Numbered from the stretch's first letter, positions 15,767-29,792 are shown. The stretch: 64,000 bases of DNA from Eledone cirrhosa (GCA_964016885.1 OZ024750.1:45446001-45510000), one strand, 5' to 3'. Numbers and translations are program-made. The notes: generated by a model not told the origin, from the letters alone.

Positions 15767-16786
15767 CCATACATACATGCATACATACATTCATACATAG
15801 ATATAGATATATAAAGGAGTGCTTTTGTAGAGTTTAAAGCTTGGATGAAGTACGTCTCGGTGGTACGTGGTGTGCAGTTCATTCCATCTACATACAAACA
15901 TACAAACATACATGCTTACATGTCCACACCAACTCTCACACACATGATTATCTGATTCAAAGTGAAGTTGTTTGTAGTGCAATTATTTTACATTCATATG
16001 ATTTCCAAAAATAAATAAATGATAAACTTTAACATATTTTATATATTTTTCGGGTTGGCTTTTGTATAAGTTGTTTGTATATTTAGTTTTGTTTTTACTG
16101 TGTTTTTACCCATGCCCACTGAAACATACACATATACATGTACATACACATACACCTGGCATGTATTCACATACATACATGTATAAACTCACATACATAT
16201 ATATTATATATTATCTCTAGGATTGTTATATATATATACATATAATAAGGGTTGACGGACCCAGCATATTTATCAATATATATATATATATTTATATATA
16301 TATATATGTATATACATATATATATATATATATATACATATATATATTCATATATACATATATATATAAATATATATATATATGGGTGTGTATATATTTA
16401 TATATATATATATATATATATATCACGCATACATACACACACACATATATATATATATATACATATACACGCATATACATATACACGCAAACATATGCCG
16501 AATAATGTGTGTGCATATATGTGCATCTGACATGTGCATGTCTGCGTAGGAGAACATGATTGTGCTTTCATTTGTCATTTAGATCCATTTTCTAGAAAAT
16601 TGATACTCTTCTGACAAAGGAGGCGGGAAGTTTAATAACTCATTATTTCCCCATCGGACTCTTATTAGCAGCAGAATGAGGCATGAAAGAAAGCTTTTTT
16701 TAAGCTTCCATTTTGTTAACATTTCCTTATCATCCTTCTTTGTTATTATTATTATTAATATTATTATTAATATTATTGTCAAGACA

Positions 16787-16818
<32 letters not shown>

Positions 16819-16829
16819 AGATAGCAATT

Positions 16830-17040
16830 ATAATTTTTTCTGATTTAGGCACAAGGCCAACATTTTGGGGAGGGGAAAGTCAATTGAATTAATCCTAGTG
16901 CGTTACTAATACATTATTTTATCGACCCCCGTGAGGGTGAAACGCAAAGCTAACCTCGGCAGCATTTGGACACATACTGTAAAGGGCCGTAACTCTATGC
17001 CGCAAAGCAAGTTTCCCAACGCCCTAACGATTCTACCAAT
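16830..17040 (-). mobile_element. SINE S1, diverged long variant
   Basis: Reverse complement of the S1 body. Confidence 0.8.
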
Positions 17041-17155
17041 GCATAACAACAGTATCTACAACACCAAAAAGAATAATAATAATTTTTTTTTTTCGCTTAA
17101 TTTCTTTTATTATTATTATTTTATTATTATTATTTTATTATTATTTTGTATTAAG

Positions 17156-17358
17156 GGCGGTTGATTGGCAGTATCGGTAGAGGGTCGGACGCCATGCTTT
17201 CCAGCATAGTTACGTCCCTTTACGATCTGAGTTCAAATCCCGCTAAGGTTGACTTTGCTTTCATCCTTACAGGGTCGATAAAATAAAGTACCAGTAATAC
17301 ACTGGGTATTTGCTGGCCTTGTGCCTAAAATAGAAACAATTATTTTATTATTATTATT
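17156..17358 (+). mobile_element. SINE S1, full length
   Basis: A/B boxes, body and (ATT)n tail; nearly identical to the 40600-40787 and 56110-56306 copies. Confidence 0.9.
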
Positions 17359-17389
17359 GTTTACTTTTAAAGCCAGTGTAAGTATATGA

Positions 17390-17590
17390 AGTGACAACAA
17401 ACAAGAAAAACAATCTGAATGAAGAGGCCCTTCATAACATTGTTTTAATGAAAAAAAAATTGAAAGACCCGTGTGTTTGGAATTGGTTAAAAATGAGAAA
17501 CTTAAGAAAACTACAGAGAGAATGCTACTGGCTGCACAGGAGCAAGCGCTTAGATTGAAGTGGATGATACACCATATTGACAAGGAGAAG
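17390..17590 (+). pseudogene. R4/Dong-type LINE fragment
   Basis: Reads WNWLKNEKLKKTTERMLLAAQEQALRLKWMIHHIDK, homologous to QWLASSRLKSETEGLIISAQDQCLPT in the 56.4 kb element. Confidence 0.7.
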
Positions 17591-18029
17591 GTAAATTTTA
17601 ATCTTTAATTTTGATTTTTAATTTTTAATTTTAATTTAATTTTAATCTAATTTTTCAACCTATCATTATAAGTATTATAATCAAAACGTAATGAATCCTG
17701 CAATATAAATATTATTCTTCCACGTTATTCTCATTTCTTCTCTCTTTTAGATATACTTACGCTGTTTATCTATTCATGCACTCTATTTTCACTATCAATA
17801 TATATAATCGTTCTTTCTTTCCTCTTCTATCTTTCTCCTTCCTTTTTCTTTCTTTTTCCTTTTTTTTTTCTTTTTTCTTTTTTCCATTTTTTTCTCTCTC
17901 CCTCACATATCACCTTCTTCCAACAGTTTAATTTAAATAAACCGTTATCTTTTCAACTTTTCGGGCACTCATTTGCATACTCACTCATAATTTTGTGTTA
18001 CCCTCAATAAATGTAATATCCCCACTATA

Positions 18030-18278
18030 CAGGAAGCTCCAACCGTTAAGGTTGTCTTTTTTTCCAGGTATGTCAATATTTATTTATAAAAAAACCCTAT
18101 ATTTTATCTGATAAAAGCGCACCATAATTCGCCTTGGTTGCCTTTGAAATATGTATAATAAAATAAATATGGTTTTATAATTATAGTTTCCATTTATTAA
18201 TATATTGTATATTTACTCCATTAATTATGTTGAGTGCTTTATATCAGTTATAAGAATGTTTAAATTAAATATAACCTC

Positions 18279-18282
<4 letters not shown>
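18030..18282 (+). mobile_element. Hammerhead-bearing PLE-like terminal repeat (family H1); hammerhead at 18100-18165 with G8A change
   Basis: TTTTAT-CTGATAA-stem II-GAAA-TATGTA-TA-ATAAAA; homologous to 52085-52260 and to 35940-36135 (rc); ends in (TA)n. Confidence 0.75.
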
Positions 18283-18364
<82 letters not shown>

Positions 18365-18416
18365 CATCATTTTCTTATGTCTGTCTCTTCAGCCTCGTAA
18401 TTATCTATCAGCTTTC

Positions 18417-18522
18417 ATCTTTCTTCTTCTTCTTCTTCTTCTTCTTCTTCTTCTTCTTCTTCTTCTTCTTCTTCTTCTTCTTCTTCTTCTTCTTCTTCTT
18501 CTTCTTCTTCTTCTTCTTCTTC
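18417..18522. repeat. (TTC)n microsatellite
   Basis: Pure trinucleotide run. Confidence 0.98.
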
Positions 18523-18855
18523 TTTATTATCTTGAGGTTGTTGTTGTTATTACTTTTATTTCTCCTTTCGCCATGTTCGTTTCTCTCCATATATTTTCTC
18601 GCCCCTTCTCATCCTCCCTACAACCACCATCACCATCATCTTCGTCTGCCATCGTCGTGATATTTCTTACACAACCTGCTGTTAACAATTAAATTCTTAC
18701 TGATGTCAGCCAGGGAAAGATGGAGGAACCTATAAGAAATTGTCATATATTGCAATCTAATTGTCTTGAAGAAGATAAAAAAATAACATGTACTCTTGAA
18801 TGTTCCACATGAGAAACGTTTTTGGGGGTCGGTATTTCTTTCTTTTTAGTTTCAT

Positions 18856-18856
18856 T

Positions 18857-18887
<31 letters not shown>

Positions 18888-19596
18888 ACACACACATACA
18901 CACACATACGCACACACACACACACACGCAAACACACATATACGCACACAAATGCACACAGACACTCACACAAACGCAATTACATGCAAACATACATATA
19001 CGCAGACAATTGCACACATACATACACACCTACACACACACATAAACACACATAAACACACACACACACGCAAACACACATATACACACACAAATGCACA
19101 CAGACACTCACACAAACATAATTACATGCAAACATACATATACGCAGACACATGCACACATTCATACACACCTACACACACACATAAACACACATAAACA
19201 CACATAAACACACACACACACGCAAACATACATATACACACACAAATGCACACAGACACACACACAAACATAATTACATGCAAACGTACATATACGCAGA
19301 CAAATGCACACATACATACACACCTACACACACACATAAACACACATAAACACACACACACACACGCAAACATACATATACACACACAGATGCACACATA
19401 CACACACACAAACACAATTACATGCAAACGTACATATACGCAGACAAATGCACACATACATACACACCTACACACACATAAACACACATAAACACACACA
19501 CTCACACGCAAACATACATATACACACAGAAATGCGCACAAACATACAAACACACAGACCCGCACACGTAAACATACGTATACACACATGAACACA
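18856..19596. repeat. (CA)n-derived minisatellite with ~140 bp higher-order units
   Basis: Recurrent AATTACATGCAAAC.TACATATACGCAGACA motif about 4 times. Confidence 0.85.
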
Positions 19597-19784
19597 TGTA
19601 ATACCTATATTCATTAAGATTTTTAAAAACGTATTCTTGTAATATCTATTTTCTTTTTCTAATTTTACTTTGGTTTCAATATTGCATTCTTACATACATA
19701 GAAAAGAACACACAAATATATATACCTATGTATATTTATACGCACACACGCCCATATACATATATGTGTGTGTGTGTGTGTGTC

Positions 19785-19840
<56 letters not shown>

Positions 19841-19890
19841 TATACATATATATATATTCATATATATATATATATATATATTCATATATA

Positions 19891-19925
<35 letters not shown>

Positions 19926-19928
<3 letters not shown>

Positions 19929-21194
19929 AAATTGAAAAAGTGAAGAATAACTTGGTACAAAAAAGGGGATTTATTTACAGTCAAACAATTGGTTCACTGA
20001 TTAAGTTGTCTAAATATTGCTGAACACTAGAAGCAGTGCCACTCAATTTCAAATACTATCAACAGCAATAGCCTATCGTATAGGCATGTCCCATTGTGGT
20101 CTTTGTAATATGGAGCTTTTCCAAATTTTAAATTACATCAAAATGCTACTTAACAGTAATATTGAAAGAACTATTTTCTGTAGGCATAAAACGCCGACCA
20201 AATTTGAGAACTTTAGACCAGCTTAATTCATCTACTCTATTCCATAACCCAAATTATACCACTTAGATCTACTATAATATCCTTTTATCATCATTTTTAA
20301 TATAATTGTCATCATCTATCATTGAACCAACATCATAACCTCTTATATTTTACATTCATATTTTATATATCTTTATCTTTCACTTTCTATCTTTCTATTT
20401 CTCTCCCTAAATTTATTTCATCTCTGGCATTTTATCTTATTTTATCTTATTTTATCTTATTTTATTTCATCATTTCATTTTCACTTCTAATATAACTTAC
20501 AACTAATTAATCAAATAATTAATTAATTATATAATTATTTTATTAAAATAACCAATACACACATGAATATATTTAACATTATCATGTTTATACCTTCGTA
20601 TCTTTCTATATTTTAACCACTCTCAATAACAACTTTCAATAATCTTAATATGTATAAATTTCTTCGCACACTTTTACTTATTTATTTTCAAATTTTGTAT
20701 CATTTTATATCATCCGCGATGTAACTTGTTTATTTATTTACATTTATTCATGTATTAACATTTATTCATTTATTGTTGATACCATTATTTTCCCTCTATT
20801 TTTCATTTTCTCTACCTTTAACCTTTTTCTCTCCTCTTTCTCTCCTCCTTTCTCTGTCTTTTTTCTCTCTATATCTGTGTATGTTTTCCTTTCTCCTTTT
20901 TTCTTTTTTCTTTTTCTTTCTTTCTTTTATTTATCTCTCTTTTTTTTTATCTCTCTATCTTTATTATTAATACTATTAATGATGACGTAATTTGAATTTG
21001 TAAATTTACCAGTTATATTTTTTGTAGTTGAGTCTGATGATCTTGTTAAGCTAACAACGTATTTGAAATTGAGTGGCACTGCTTCTAGTGTTCAGCAATC
21101 TTTAGACAACTTAATTAGCGAAACAATTGTTAGACTGTAATTTAATCCCTTTTTTGTATGTTGACCATGTTATTCTACACTTTTTCAATTTTAT
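19926..21194 (+). mobile_element. 5'-truncated Penelope-like element with an inverted terminal copy
   Basis: 19926-20056 is an inverted copy of 21059-21194; 20057-20225 encodes AYRIGMSHCGLCNMELFQILNYIKMLLNSNIERTIFCRHK, similar to the PLE C-terminal C-x-L-C...LLN...CRH motif; hammerhead-like motif at 21030-21136. Confidence 0.7.
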
Positions 21195-21356
21195 TACTCC
21201 AAGATAAATTTAAATAGGAATACAAGTGAAATCATAAACTCGCCATCTACGTAAACCTCTTGTTGAATCAAACAACGCCGTACGCTAAAACTATCCATAA
21301 TAAGAAGTATTCACAACCTATAATTGGATCACGTCGAACGATATTTTATTATCCCT

Positions 21357-21443
<87 letters not shown>

Positions 21444-21518
21444 ATGTGATGGTAGCTAAGAAGCTTCCATAGGCGGTATGCCGGTTGAGCACTCTATGTT
21501 CTTACAGAGCAGAGTGTG

Positions 21519-21926
21519 ATATAATATAAAACTAAAAATCAGTGATGCATCTGAACTCAATTTATTGTGTGTTACAATTGTTTCGCCGGTAGACAGCTCG
21601 AGACACGATCATTGTGTGGATCTGTCTGATTCTGGATCCGCAGGTTCGTCGGACAGCTGATGATCAGTTTGACAGTACCTGTTGGTCAACGTTTATTATG
21701 ACGTAGAAAAACAACAGCCAATATCAGGACGAGCGAAGAGGATGTTTTTTGACGCTAACACCCCAGTGAGAAAATTTGATACGAAGTTATTAGACGTGTC
21801 CGACGAACCTGCAGATCCAGAATCAGACAGATCCACACAATGATCGTGTCTCGAGCTGTCTGCCGGCGAAACAATTGTAACACAATAAATTGAGTTCAGA
21901 TGCATCACTGATTTTTAGTTTTATAT

Positions 21927-21930
<4 letters not shown>
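21519..21930 (+). mobile_element. Fold-back hammerhead element (inverted arms 21519-21655 and 21797-21930)
   Basis: ~135 bp near-perfect inverted repeat ending in (TA)n. Confidence 0.85.
21796..21883 (+). ncRNA. Type-I hammerhead motif with long stem II (U4C variant)
   Basis: GTGT-CCGACGA-ACCTGCAGA...TCTGCCGGC-GAAA-CAATTG-TA-ACAC; stem I GTGT/ACAC; palindromic stem III. Confidence 0.65.
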
Positions 21931-21957
<27 letters not shown>

Positions 21958-22710
21958 TAAGAAATACACGGGAAGATACTTATTAACTATATTCAGCCTT
22001 TATTTACAGTGTGTCAGGAGCGTTGTTCATTCAGGCTGTTTATGTGTGAAATAGAGAGAGACTGACATAAGGTTTCATATTAAAATATGCTTAACTTTAA
22101 AGGATATGCTTACATACAAACAGACACTTATATATGTTTGCTTGTGACACCGAAGGCTTCAGCATTTGAATCCTATAATACTATTCAAAAGGATCATTCA
22201 AGTAGATTAATAAGATTAAACCTTAGTTGGACGTCGAAAATACCTTGAATAAATAGCAATTTAACGTCAAACAAGTTCTAATTGAAAGTAAGGGGGTTAA
22301 TTCATGACTAGTGTGCTATGATAGTTTCCGTATGGCCGGGCTTACATTTGAAATATTTGCCAACTTTTGAATATTTTACGGTGAATATGATATCAGGTGT
22401 TTAGAAGTACTCAAGCAGTGTATGATTTTAGGTTTTCTCAATGTATATGCCTAGGTTATAAAGATATGAGAAGTTCTAAAATTATTTACGGTTCAACTAC
22501 GTAGAGCTGGCATTTACGGTTGAAAGTAAGACAAACCCAAATAGATTTTAATTTGTTCCACTATATATACCCGCTTTAATAATATATGTCAATTCCAGAG
22601 CTCGTTCCCTTACTGAGTGGGCTGAAACTCGTAAAATCGGTCCAAGGAAAGAATTATTGCATTGGCCTATCCAATTGTTGTTGCCTTCTTCCGGTTGCAC
22701 ATGCATTATT

Positions 22711-22895
22711 ATTGGCAGTATCGGTAGAGGGTCGGACGCCATGCTTTGCAGCAAAGTGTTCCGGCTCTTTATGGTCTGAGTTCAAATCCCGCCGAGGTTA
22801 CCTTTGCCTTTCATCTTTACGGGGTCGATAAAATAAAGTACCAGTAATACACTGAGATAATTGCCGGCCTTGTGCCAGAAGTAGAAACAATTATT
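22711..22895 (+). mobile_element. SINE S1 copy
   Basis: A/B boxes, body and ATT tail. Confidence 0.9.
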
Positions 22896-22929
22896 AACCT
22901 TACTGAAACTTAGAGAATATTATGCATTC

Positions 22930-23335
22930 TAGGAAGACACTACTTCGATATGGAGTCTATCTTCATATGGAGTCTATATTCGAAATGTTTTGGTTTATGA
23001 ATTAGCAGATATATTTGATCGTGTCGCATTTTATATGTTGGTCTTTCTGAAAAATAGATTAATATGTTCCAACTTTGGTGCATAAAGAGATGATGAATAA
23101 GCTATGATCTGTCACACTAATGAACAGGCATTAGATATATTTAGGAAGCAACTTATCAGAACATTCAAAAAACTAGACCCAAATTCAACAACTACTAACA
23201 ACTAACAATCTAAATATAACAAATATTTTAGTCATCTGCCATATTTGAAACCCTTCAACAAAGCCAATGTTATTCTAAATCCTGCCACACGCACGTGGAG
23301 CTTAAGAAAAACAAATCACTCACCAATATTAGCAT
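22930..23335 (+). pseudogene. Decayed Penelope-like reverse transcriptase fragment
   Basis: Degenerate reading ELADIFDRVAFYML...NFGA*RDDE*AM...LDIFRKQLIRTFKKL...KPFNKAN...TNHSP resembles PLE RT motifs (GLYRDDGL, KPYRKPN, SNHP); many stops. Confidence 0.55.
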
Positions 23336-23889
23336 AAGGAACACTAAACACTCTTCTTTCATTGATATTATTTTATTAAACAATGTTTTCAACGATTAAA
23401 ACATATAGATTTATCCCAGAACTACGAACTTGAATATTAGTTTAAAAAGTTGTTTATTAAACCTAAAATTGCTCAATGGATATTGTTGCATAAATCATTC
23501 GGTTAAGAAGAGTGTTCAAATAGGTTTGGTTGAAGAGGGAAAGATTCTATCGAACCGCCATAATAATCCAACATAATTCACATCAAATCATTCAAAGCGA
23601 TTATCTAAAATCCCTCCAACCAAATCACTAATGCGCAAACGATGATTGCCGCAAACATTGCATGTATAAACCAAATGCCTTCCATATTCGGTTATGATAA
23701 CAAAACACAACAATCTATTGACTACTTTTGGGCTTGAGGTCATAAAAGTTCTGTCATTAACATTCTCAAAGGATGACCTTATTCCAGACAAGGGAGTCCG
23801 TTTGAACAAATAGGCTCATCTCTATTACACAATCCACTTAGTAGAAAGAAACGGTAGCACATAATTTTTTCTTTACTGTTGCTCAATGG

Positions 23890-24230
23890 GACTGGGGTCA
23901 TCTGAGCACAACGAAGCGATCTTAGAGTCTTCACGTGCGTAGAACGGGCAGGTCCACAAGTGCCCTTCATCACTAGCGGTCCCGTGCCATCCTCTCTACA
24001 TCATCAAAGTTGAGCTGGAGCCGCTTGAGACCTTCCTTAATCATATCCAGCCATCTGAAGTGGGGTCTACCGTGGGGCTTCGTCCAACCTGTAGCTGCTA
24101 CGTTGGACGAAAGTAAAGCCTTGGTAGTATGATCTCGCAGGGAACAGAAGATATGTCTGTACCAGCGCATACGGTGGATGGCTATGAGGCGGAAGGACAC
24201 GGACTAATGCGTGCACGCACATAACTGGAT
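23890..24230 (-). pseudogene. RTE-clade LINE 3' fragment
   Basis: HRMRWYRHIF...GWTKPHGRPHFRWLDMIKEGLKRLQL...MARDR resembles the RTE C-terminus (RLRWxGH, GRP..RW.D, A.DR). Confidence 0.75.
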
Positions 24231-24814
24231 AACATGATTCTATCCCTCTCTAATATAGTTGAAGTAAATGAGGAATACTCTGTCTCGATAAACGATGTAG
24301 GAAATAACCCAGCTGCGAATCTCATTAGAATATTGCGGATGACTTCGATAATAATAAGGACGTTACTTTGTCCCATCTATATGGGAGCCTGTTTCTTTCT
24401 TATAAACGAACTATTCTTTATACATTTTTTAATTTTAATTTTACTCTATCCTTATACGCTTCACGCTTTTTCCCTACTCTATTATTTTCATATTTAAAGA
24501 CAGCCAATACTCCGAAACTCAAACGACACACATTTCGTTAAATAAGACAACTAATACGGTTCACCACACTGTCTGCCATCTCTGTTGTCTTCATTGAATT
24601 TGGCTGCTATTGACATGTTAAACCCGAAAATATTGGGAATTATTAAATTTCCTACGGTAATTTTGATTTTCTAGTGCATTGTACGGTTTCCAAAATTATT
24701 TAAATTTGTGTTTCCTATTCAACAATGCTTCAAGCGAACTATAACACTCTAATATATATATATATATATATATTTCGTTTCTGAATTATTGGCAACATGA
24801 CCCTCCCAAAGTAT

Positions 24815-24913
<99 letters not shown>

Positions 24914-25029
24914 ATGATTCCAGTTCCTCAAAGGTTACCAACACAACCAGGAGCTGGACATATCGATGTATTGATTGAGTAAAACACACTTCAACAACAT
25001 GTGTACCTGTCTTTCCCACACCAATCCGG

Positions 25030-25084
25030 ACTACCTGAAGAGTTCACAGCCAAAGATGGCTGTCACCTAAATATATATAGCAGT
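25030..25084 (+). ncRNA. Decayed type-I hammerhead motif (G12T)
   Basis: ACTAC-CTGAAGA-..ACAGCCA aaga TGGCTGT..-TAAA-TATATA-TA-GCAGT, inside a segment bounded by (TA)n. Confidence 0.5.
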
Positions 25085-25235
25085 ATATCTATAATTTATA
25101 ATAAACGAGGCCAAATATTATATATTTGACTTAATTATTTTACATTACTCCGGAGTAAACAAACCAACCTGCGTACTTCGTCGAGTGCTCCAATCTGCAT
25201 ACTAGGTGTCGGTAAACATCCAACATATACCCAAA

Positions 25236-25278
<43 letters not shown>

Positions 25279-25579
25279 GAGAAGAAAGAAGAATACTGCG
25301 TGGTTGCACATGGGTTACATATGATAAAAATAGTCCTTCGTCAGTGATTTGCCAACCATCATTGATATTTCATCGCATTAAAAATCATATACTTAAGGTT
25401 GGTGCGAGCAATAACTAAAAAAAGCTATTGGGACAAGTAAATCGGGTAAAGCGAGTGAGACAAGTAAACGACATAGAAGGATGAAAGCAACGCAAAGAGG
25501 GGAATGAACAAGCAATATATATATATATATATACAAACACACACGCTTAAAGACAATTGTAATATACCAGTGAATTGTG

Positions 25580-25766
25580 AATAATTGTTTCTACGTTAGG
25601 CACAAGGCCAGTAATTATCCCAGTGTATTACTGGTACTTTATTTTATCTACCCCGTAAGGATGAAAGGGCAAAGTTAACCTTGGCGGGATTTGAAATCAA
25701 ACCATAAAGGGCCGTAACTCTTTGCTGCAAAGTATGGCGTCCGAGCTTCTACCGATACTGCCAATC
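25580..25766 (-). mobile_element. SINE S1 copy
   Basis: Reverse complement of S1. Confidence 0.9.
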
Positions 25767-25996
25767 GACATAGCTACATTGTTGCATATCATTAACATAC
25801 ACACATATACTAACACACAAATATATGTATATGTATATGTATATATATATATAAGCTAAAACTAACCAAACAGTGAGTGTGTTCTGTTATTAATTCTGGC
25901 AATATTACACAAATATGACCCTCCCCAAGTATAACAATATTTGTTTCGACACACGATTTCATATCAAAAACCTCGCAAAATTAATTCATCGCCGTT

Positions 25997-26150
25997 ACGC
26001 CATGCTTTGACGGATAGAGTTACGGCCCTTGCCATTCTGAATTCAAATCCCGCCGAGGTTAACTTTGCCTTTTATCCTTACGGGGTCGATAAAATAAAGT
26101 ACGAGTAATACACTGGAATAATTGCTGGCCTTGTGTCAAAAGTAGAAACA
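25997..26150 (+). mobile_element. SINE S1, 5'-truncated
   Basis: S1 body and 3' end. Confidence 0.85.
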
Positions 26151-26166
26151 GTTATATATATATAAG

Positions 26167-26205
<39 letters not shown>

Positions 26206-26235
26206 CGTTGTGCGTGTGTGTGTGTGTGTGTGTCG

Positions 26236-26278
<43 letters not shown>

Positions 26279-26944
26279 TCTGTGTATGTCTGTGTGTGTG
26301 TATCTGAGTGTGAGATTGTAAACATCTGACCATTTGCACAAGTCACCATCATTTAACAGAGCATTTTAATACAGCCACTTAATGAAAACCCTTTGTTTGC
26401 TTAGAATAATTGAACATTGAAAATCAGGAGTACCTCCATTTGTATCCTTCTGAATCACTATGAACTTTTCACTAACTATAGTTTTTTCAAAGAATCCCCA
26501 TTCATTAAATCCACCAGCCAATGACCTCCACCCATCCCAATCACCACCTCCCCCTACCAACATTAAATGTATAAATACAACCATACCCCATTAACCGTCA
26601 GCTTTCCTCATGATTTCCTTCGATTGAAACAGTTCTAGTTCTGTAACAGCCATTCCTATGTAAAAAAATTAATATATATATATATATATGTGTGAGTGTG
26701 CGCGTGTGTGTGCGTGTGTGGGTGTGTGTGGGTATATGTATATATGTATATATAATCTGTTATTTTTATAAATATTTGGTCTATCGTTTTTATATATTTG
26801 ATATATATATATATATATATCATCTTTATCAAGCCATCTTCGGATTTTAGTCTTCACATTTATTATTATTACTATATATATATATACACTTACATAATAT
26901 ATATATACACTTACATAATATATTATATATATATATACACATAC

Positions 26945-26979
<35 letters not shown>

Positions 26980-27075
26980 AACGATCGACTTTCGTCAAAT
27001 CGGACCGAGGGAACAATGTTTCCGTTGGTCTTTCCAATTGCTAATACTATCTATCGGTCGCAACTTCAGGTAGAA

Positions 27076-27194
27076 GGAGCAACGTGAAATAAAGTGTCTT
27101 GCTCAAGGACACAACGCATCAACTGGTCCAGGAATCGAACTGACAACCTTACGATTGCGAATCCAATTCCCTAACCACTCAGCCACACGCCTTC
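27076..27194 (-). mobile_element. Second tRNA-derived SINE family (S2), 5' portion
   Basis: Minus strand reads GGCGTGTGGCTGAGTGGTTAGG (A box), GTTCGATTCC (B box), then GTGTCCTTGAGCAAGACACTT, typical of CORE/V-type SINE central domains; degenerate copy near 51885-51990. Confidence 0.8.
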
Positions 27195-27664
27195 ACTACA
27201 TATATATATATATATACATCAAAATCAGCGTCTAGGGTAAGTTGAAAATAAGTAAAACAACAGTGGTACACACATACAACAAATATAAGTAAGAAAGGAA
27301 TAATGAGTGGGAAAAGAGAGGGAAAGAGATGCTACAAGTCTTGAAGCAGTGAAAATGGAAAAAAAGAGAAAAAAGATTTTGGAAGAATAGTTGTTGCTAG
27401 ACATACAAACAAACGTTTCATTGTAAAACATCTATTTCAACACGTTTCCAAATAAAGTGAAAATTAAACGAGATGTCATTTAGTCGACAAAATCAATGAA
27501 TTTTACAAACTGGTAAAGAGAAAAAATGGTAATGACAAAGAAAATAATGAAGAAAGAGATGAACAAATAAGCAGCCCTGACGTGGCTTCCTCTGAACTAC
27601 ACACGGCAGTTTACACACAAATATATATTCATATATATATATACATATACATACATATATACAT

Positions 27665-27721
<57 letters not shown>

Positions 27722-27832
27722 AGTGTGAATGATTGTATACATATATATACAAGAATGATTGTTTGTGCAAACAATATGTGTACAAACAAATATATATATA
27801 AACATAAATATAATTTAATATGATATATATGT

Positions 27833-27869
<37 letters not shown>

Positions 27870-27891
27870 CCTATATATATATAAATAAACA

Positions 27892-27936
<45 letters not shown>

Positions 27937-28120
27937 ACTACACACATATATACATATATATAAATACATACACATACATATAACATATACATACATATAT
28001 GCACACACGAAATGAAAATAAAATAAAAATGTAAGGGAAAAAAAATGAACACGTTTTGAAGTAGGAAAATGAATGACAAAAACAAAGACGGCTGCATATA
28101 GTTTACTTCTCTTTTGTGTG

Positions 28121-28975
28121 ACAACAACAATACCCCCCCCTCCCCAACTACCACCCCCTACCACCACCACTACCGCCTTCACTGATACTGATACCACCAC
28201 CAATGACACCAACACCACCAACAACAACAATAACTCCACCACCACTATCAGCCCCACCACTGATACTGATACCACCACCATCGAAACCAACACCACCACC
28301 ACCACCGTCACCACCACCGACGCCAACCCCACCACCAGCACCACCACCACCACCACCACCACCGATAGCATGCACCACCTCCAGCTGCACCACTGACACC
28401 AACACCACCATCACCATCACCACCAACACCACCACCAACACCACCAGCACCACCACCATCACCGTCACCAACACCGACACCAACACCACCACCATCACCG
28501 TCTCCACCACCACCAACAACAACACCACCGCCACCACCAACGACAACAAAAACACCACCACCACCAACAACAACAACAGCACCACCACCACCACCAACAA
28601 CAACAACAATAACAACACCACTAACGATACCACCCCCAACAACACCACCACCACCTCCACCAACAACAACAATAGCACCAACACCACCGCCACTGCCACC
28701 ACCACCACTACCACCACCACCACTGCTCCCACCACCACCACCACCAACAACACGAACACCACCACCACCACTACCACCACCACCACTGCCATCACCAACA
28801 CCACCACCACTGCCATCACCACCACCACCACCACGGCCAACACCGACCCCACCACCACCTCCACCACTAACAACAACACCACGAACACCACCACCAACAC
28901 CACCACCATGGCCAACACCGACTCCACCACCACCACCACCAACATAAACAATAACAACAACAACAACAATAACAT
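28121..28975. repeat. (CCA/CAA)n degenerate trinucleotide tract
   Basis: Seen directly. Confidence 0.9.
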
Positions 28976-29055
28976 GAAACATCCAACAACAGTGATGTGG
29001 ATAAGAAATCTGTGAAAAAAATAATTTACCTGGTGCCTGATTAATGATGCTGTCA

Positions 29056-29694
29056 GCTCTCTTTCTCTCTCGCACATTATCTCTCTCTCACACATTATCT
29101 CTTTATCTCTCTTTCTCTCTCTCTCCTGTCTCTCTCTCTCTTACTGTTTCTTATTATATATCTCTTTATCTCTCTCATTCTCTCTTTCACATTAGCTCTT
29201 GATCTCTCTTTCCACTCTTTCTCTCTGACATTATCTCTTCATCTCTCTCTCCTTCTCTTTCTCTCTCTCTTTCTCTAACTCTTTCACATTACATATCTCT
29301 TTATCTCTCTCTCTCTCTTTCTCTCGTTCTCTCTCCATTTCTTTCTTTCTCTTTCTATTCTCCTTTCTTTCTCTCTCCCTTTCCCTCCGTCTCATCTCAC
29401 CCTATCTCATTTTGTGTCTCTCACTTTCTCTCGCATTCATCATCCGCCTTGCTTTTTCTACCAGCATCACTCTTTCTTTCCCTCCCTCTCCCTCCCTATC
29501 TCTCACTCTCCATCCCTCTTCCTCTCCATCTCTCTTTCTATCTCGGTCTATCTGCTATTCTCTCTCTCCCTCACTTTTGTATCTCTCTATCGTATACATC
29601 TACTTCTCTCATCTGCATTTCTTCACAGGCTTCCCTTTATTACACCTGCTCTCCCTTTCTCTTCCCCACCCTCTCATGCTAACTTTCTTCCTGC

Positions 29695-29756
<62 letters not shown>

Positions 29757-29761
29757 TTATC

Positions 29762-29792
<31 letters not shown>

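Noticed and set aside
25300-25352. Minus-strand CTGACGA near (TA)n
   Set aside because: No downstream GAAA/UH half detectable
27120-27194. tRNA gene
   Set aside because: The tRNA-like head continues into a SINE core domain, with no proper acceptor stem or terminator; the same applies to the S1 heads
28073-29095. Thr/Asn-rich and Gly/Val-rich ORFs
   Set aside because: Trinucleotide repeat tract open in multiple frames
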